Source: Octopus sinensis
Lineage: Eukaryota
DNA length: 55,285 bases
Assembly: GCF_006345805.1 (NCBI RefSeq)
Contig: NW_021833737.1
Coordinates: 1 to 55,285, forward strand
Direction: 5' to 3'
This document shows positions 53,196 to 55,285 of the stretch, piece by piece. The translations under genes and the position numbers were made by a program. The notes beneath the pieces are model-generated. The model searched no databases and was not told where the DNA came from. It saw nothing but the letters and a program-made list of their open reading frames with translations. Numbering within the stretch: position 1 is the stretch's first letter; each line of letters starts with the position of its first letter.

Positions 53196-54468
53196 TATAT
53201 AAATAATTTATATATATATAAATAAAGGAACCCCAGATAATATTCCCATTTCTAAAAGTAGATTCATTAAATTCTTCACAAGTGAATAGAAATTTATTTG
53301 CAAGTATATTTTCGAGGCATTTTACGAGAGATCCAGAACACCAAAAGACTAAAACGGTGGTACTGCGGTGTTTCACAGGACGAAAAAAAAAAAGCCCTCT
53401 CGTAGATTTACCGTTTTCTACCGCAGATTAGGTAGAAAGTTCACCACGATTAACCTTTGTCGTCGCCAGATAGTAATTAAAGCTAAGGATTTGCTTTTAT
53501 CTCACAGCGGTTCTATACCGTTAAAGTGGCCTTTGTCCGACGTTCGCATGAGGAGGTATGAAGGAACTGAGGTAACTATCTCGTGGGATTGCTTAATGTT
53601 GATATACTTAGAAAACGAGCCACCACCTAATAAGTTTCTAGTGTAAAGAGATGACCACGCAAAGCAGAAGTTCAGAAATGAATATTAGAAAAGTTCTAGC
53701 ACCCATGCTTAAATTGTTCATGAAACTTGTAGCTTTGTATATGTAAAAAAAAATTCTCATATTAAAACAACCAGTGATATTTTCATCCAGCGGCCAGAGA
53801 TATTTTCTAGCTGTCGCCGTCAGAAAAAATTCTTTTAGACGTGTTAGAAGGCTTTTATGTGCTCCCAAATTGATGGTAAACCCTTTAGAACGATTATTAA
53901 TCTACGGCCAATCAATTCAGTAGATATTGCAGAATAGCTAGACCGCAATAACTACATGTCCAGATAGTGTATTGTCCCGTAGATCATAGTAGCCCAGTTA
54001 TCAAAAAAGATACTTTTGGTCGTTTGTCACATATTCGAGCCGATGCCTTAATTCGACCAATAAACTCAGTCTTGGTGTACTGTAAACACATTTATTTATG
54101 TATTCGTCAAATTATTGGTTGAACGAAGACACATATACTTCAGTTATATGAAACATGAAACTCTAAACAACAATAACAGGGTGAGTCATGTAATGATTCT
54201 ATATATATATACTCATTTACATACATGTGAATGCATGTATATCTACATAAATACACACACAACCACACATATACATAGACAAGTAAATATAAACATATTT
54301 ACGTATAGGTGTAATTATATATGTGTATGTATATATGCATATAAGTATATATATATATTTATGGTTATGTATGTATTTATGCGTATATATATATATATAT
54401 ATAAATGTGAATATTATTACATACATACACACACATATATATATACATATGTATATATATATAGTTGT

Positions 54469-54501
<33 letters not shown>

Positions 54502-55285
54502 CACGCATACATACACATGTCCACATACATGTACATGTCCCGTTAATGTATATAGTACATTTTTTTCTAAATTCTCTGTTATTAGATTTAATGCTTCTGC
54601 TGTGTTTATAACAATTTTCTAGAGCATATATTAGATAAAGTGAATCGAATCTTTTTTCTAATGTCCAGAGTCATTTGCACTATGTATGTATGTATGCATG
54701 TATGTATATATGTATGCATGTATTTATACATACATTCATATATGTGTGTGTGCGTGTGCATCTATGTATATATATAGGAAATAAATATTTGCACTATTAG
54801 AAGACATCATCTGTTATAGTATTGCAAGTAGGTGAGGTGTAAAACAGGACTGATGTGTAATATTAGAGCTGAAATAACTGTAACAATGGCTGCCATCAAT
54901 GAACATAATGGTCGCAAGTTCGATATTTCGGCGTTATTAAAGCATAATATGTTTGTCTAAGTAACCGCGATTTGTTTCTTCCACCCACTAGAAATGATAA
55001 CGAAACATCCCTTAGATACCGTTTTTAACACATTTCCTGCCATAATCCACTCAAAATTTCGTTACTCTTAATTGCAGAAACCAGTTTTATATACCAATAT
55101 TTTTTTTGCTGAGCAGCGTCATGTCTGAATCTATTCATTGTTGAGAAATGTCAAGTTTATTTCAGCGTGACTTGCTGAAAATACCAATTCTGGTTGTTGG
55201 AAGCTATCTACTATCATCACTGGGAAAACCATGGAATGTAAATTCGAAGTTAAAAAGGTAAGGAAGAACCACATCATTGGATAAT

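Overview
This is AT-rich, microsatellite-saturated eukaryotic non-coding DNA. The SINE families and repeat landscape suggest an Octopus/coleoid cephalopod genome (inference). No intact host gene can be supported; nearly all ORF-track entries are translations of simple repeats. The window is mostly mobile-element debris: at least three tRNA-headed SINE families (some with clear TSDs), and Tx1-like, R4/Dong-like, RTE-like, CR1/L2-like and Penelope-like (GIY-YIG) retroelement remnants. It also holds mariner and Tc1 remnants, a hAT-Charlie MITE with an 8-bp TSD and a Helitron 3' end. The most notable signals are: (1) several hammerhead-ribozyme motifs, one with an intact core at 48869-48924 (-); (2) a SINE subfamily whose 3' tail matches the 3' end of a Tx1-like LINE, with both LINE copies embedded in (TCTA)n; (3) multimeric SINE copies with recurring junctions, one enclosed by a single 18-bp TSD; (4) several foldback/inverted structures. 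All family assignments come from motif recognition by eye, not database searches.
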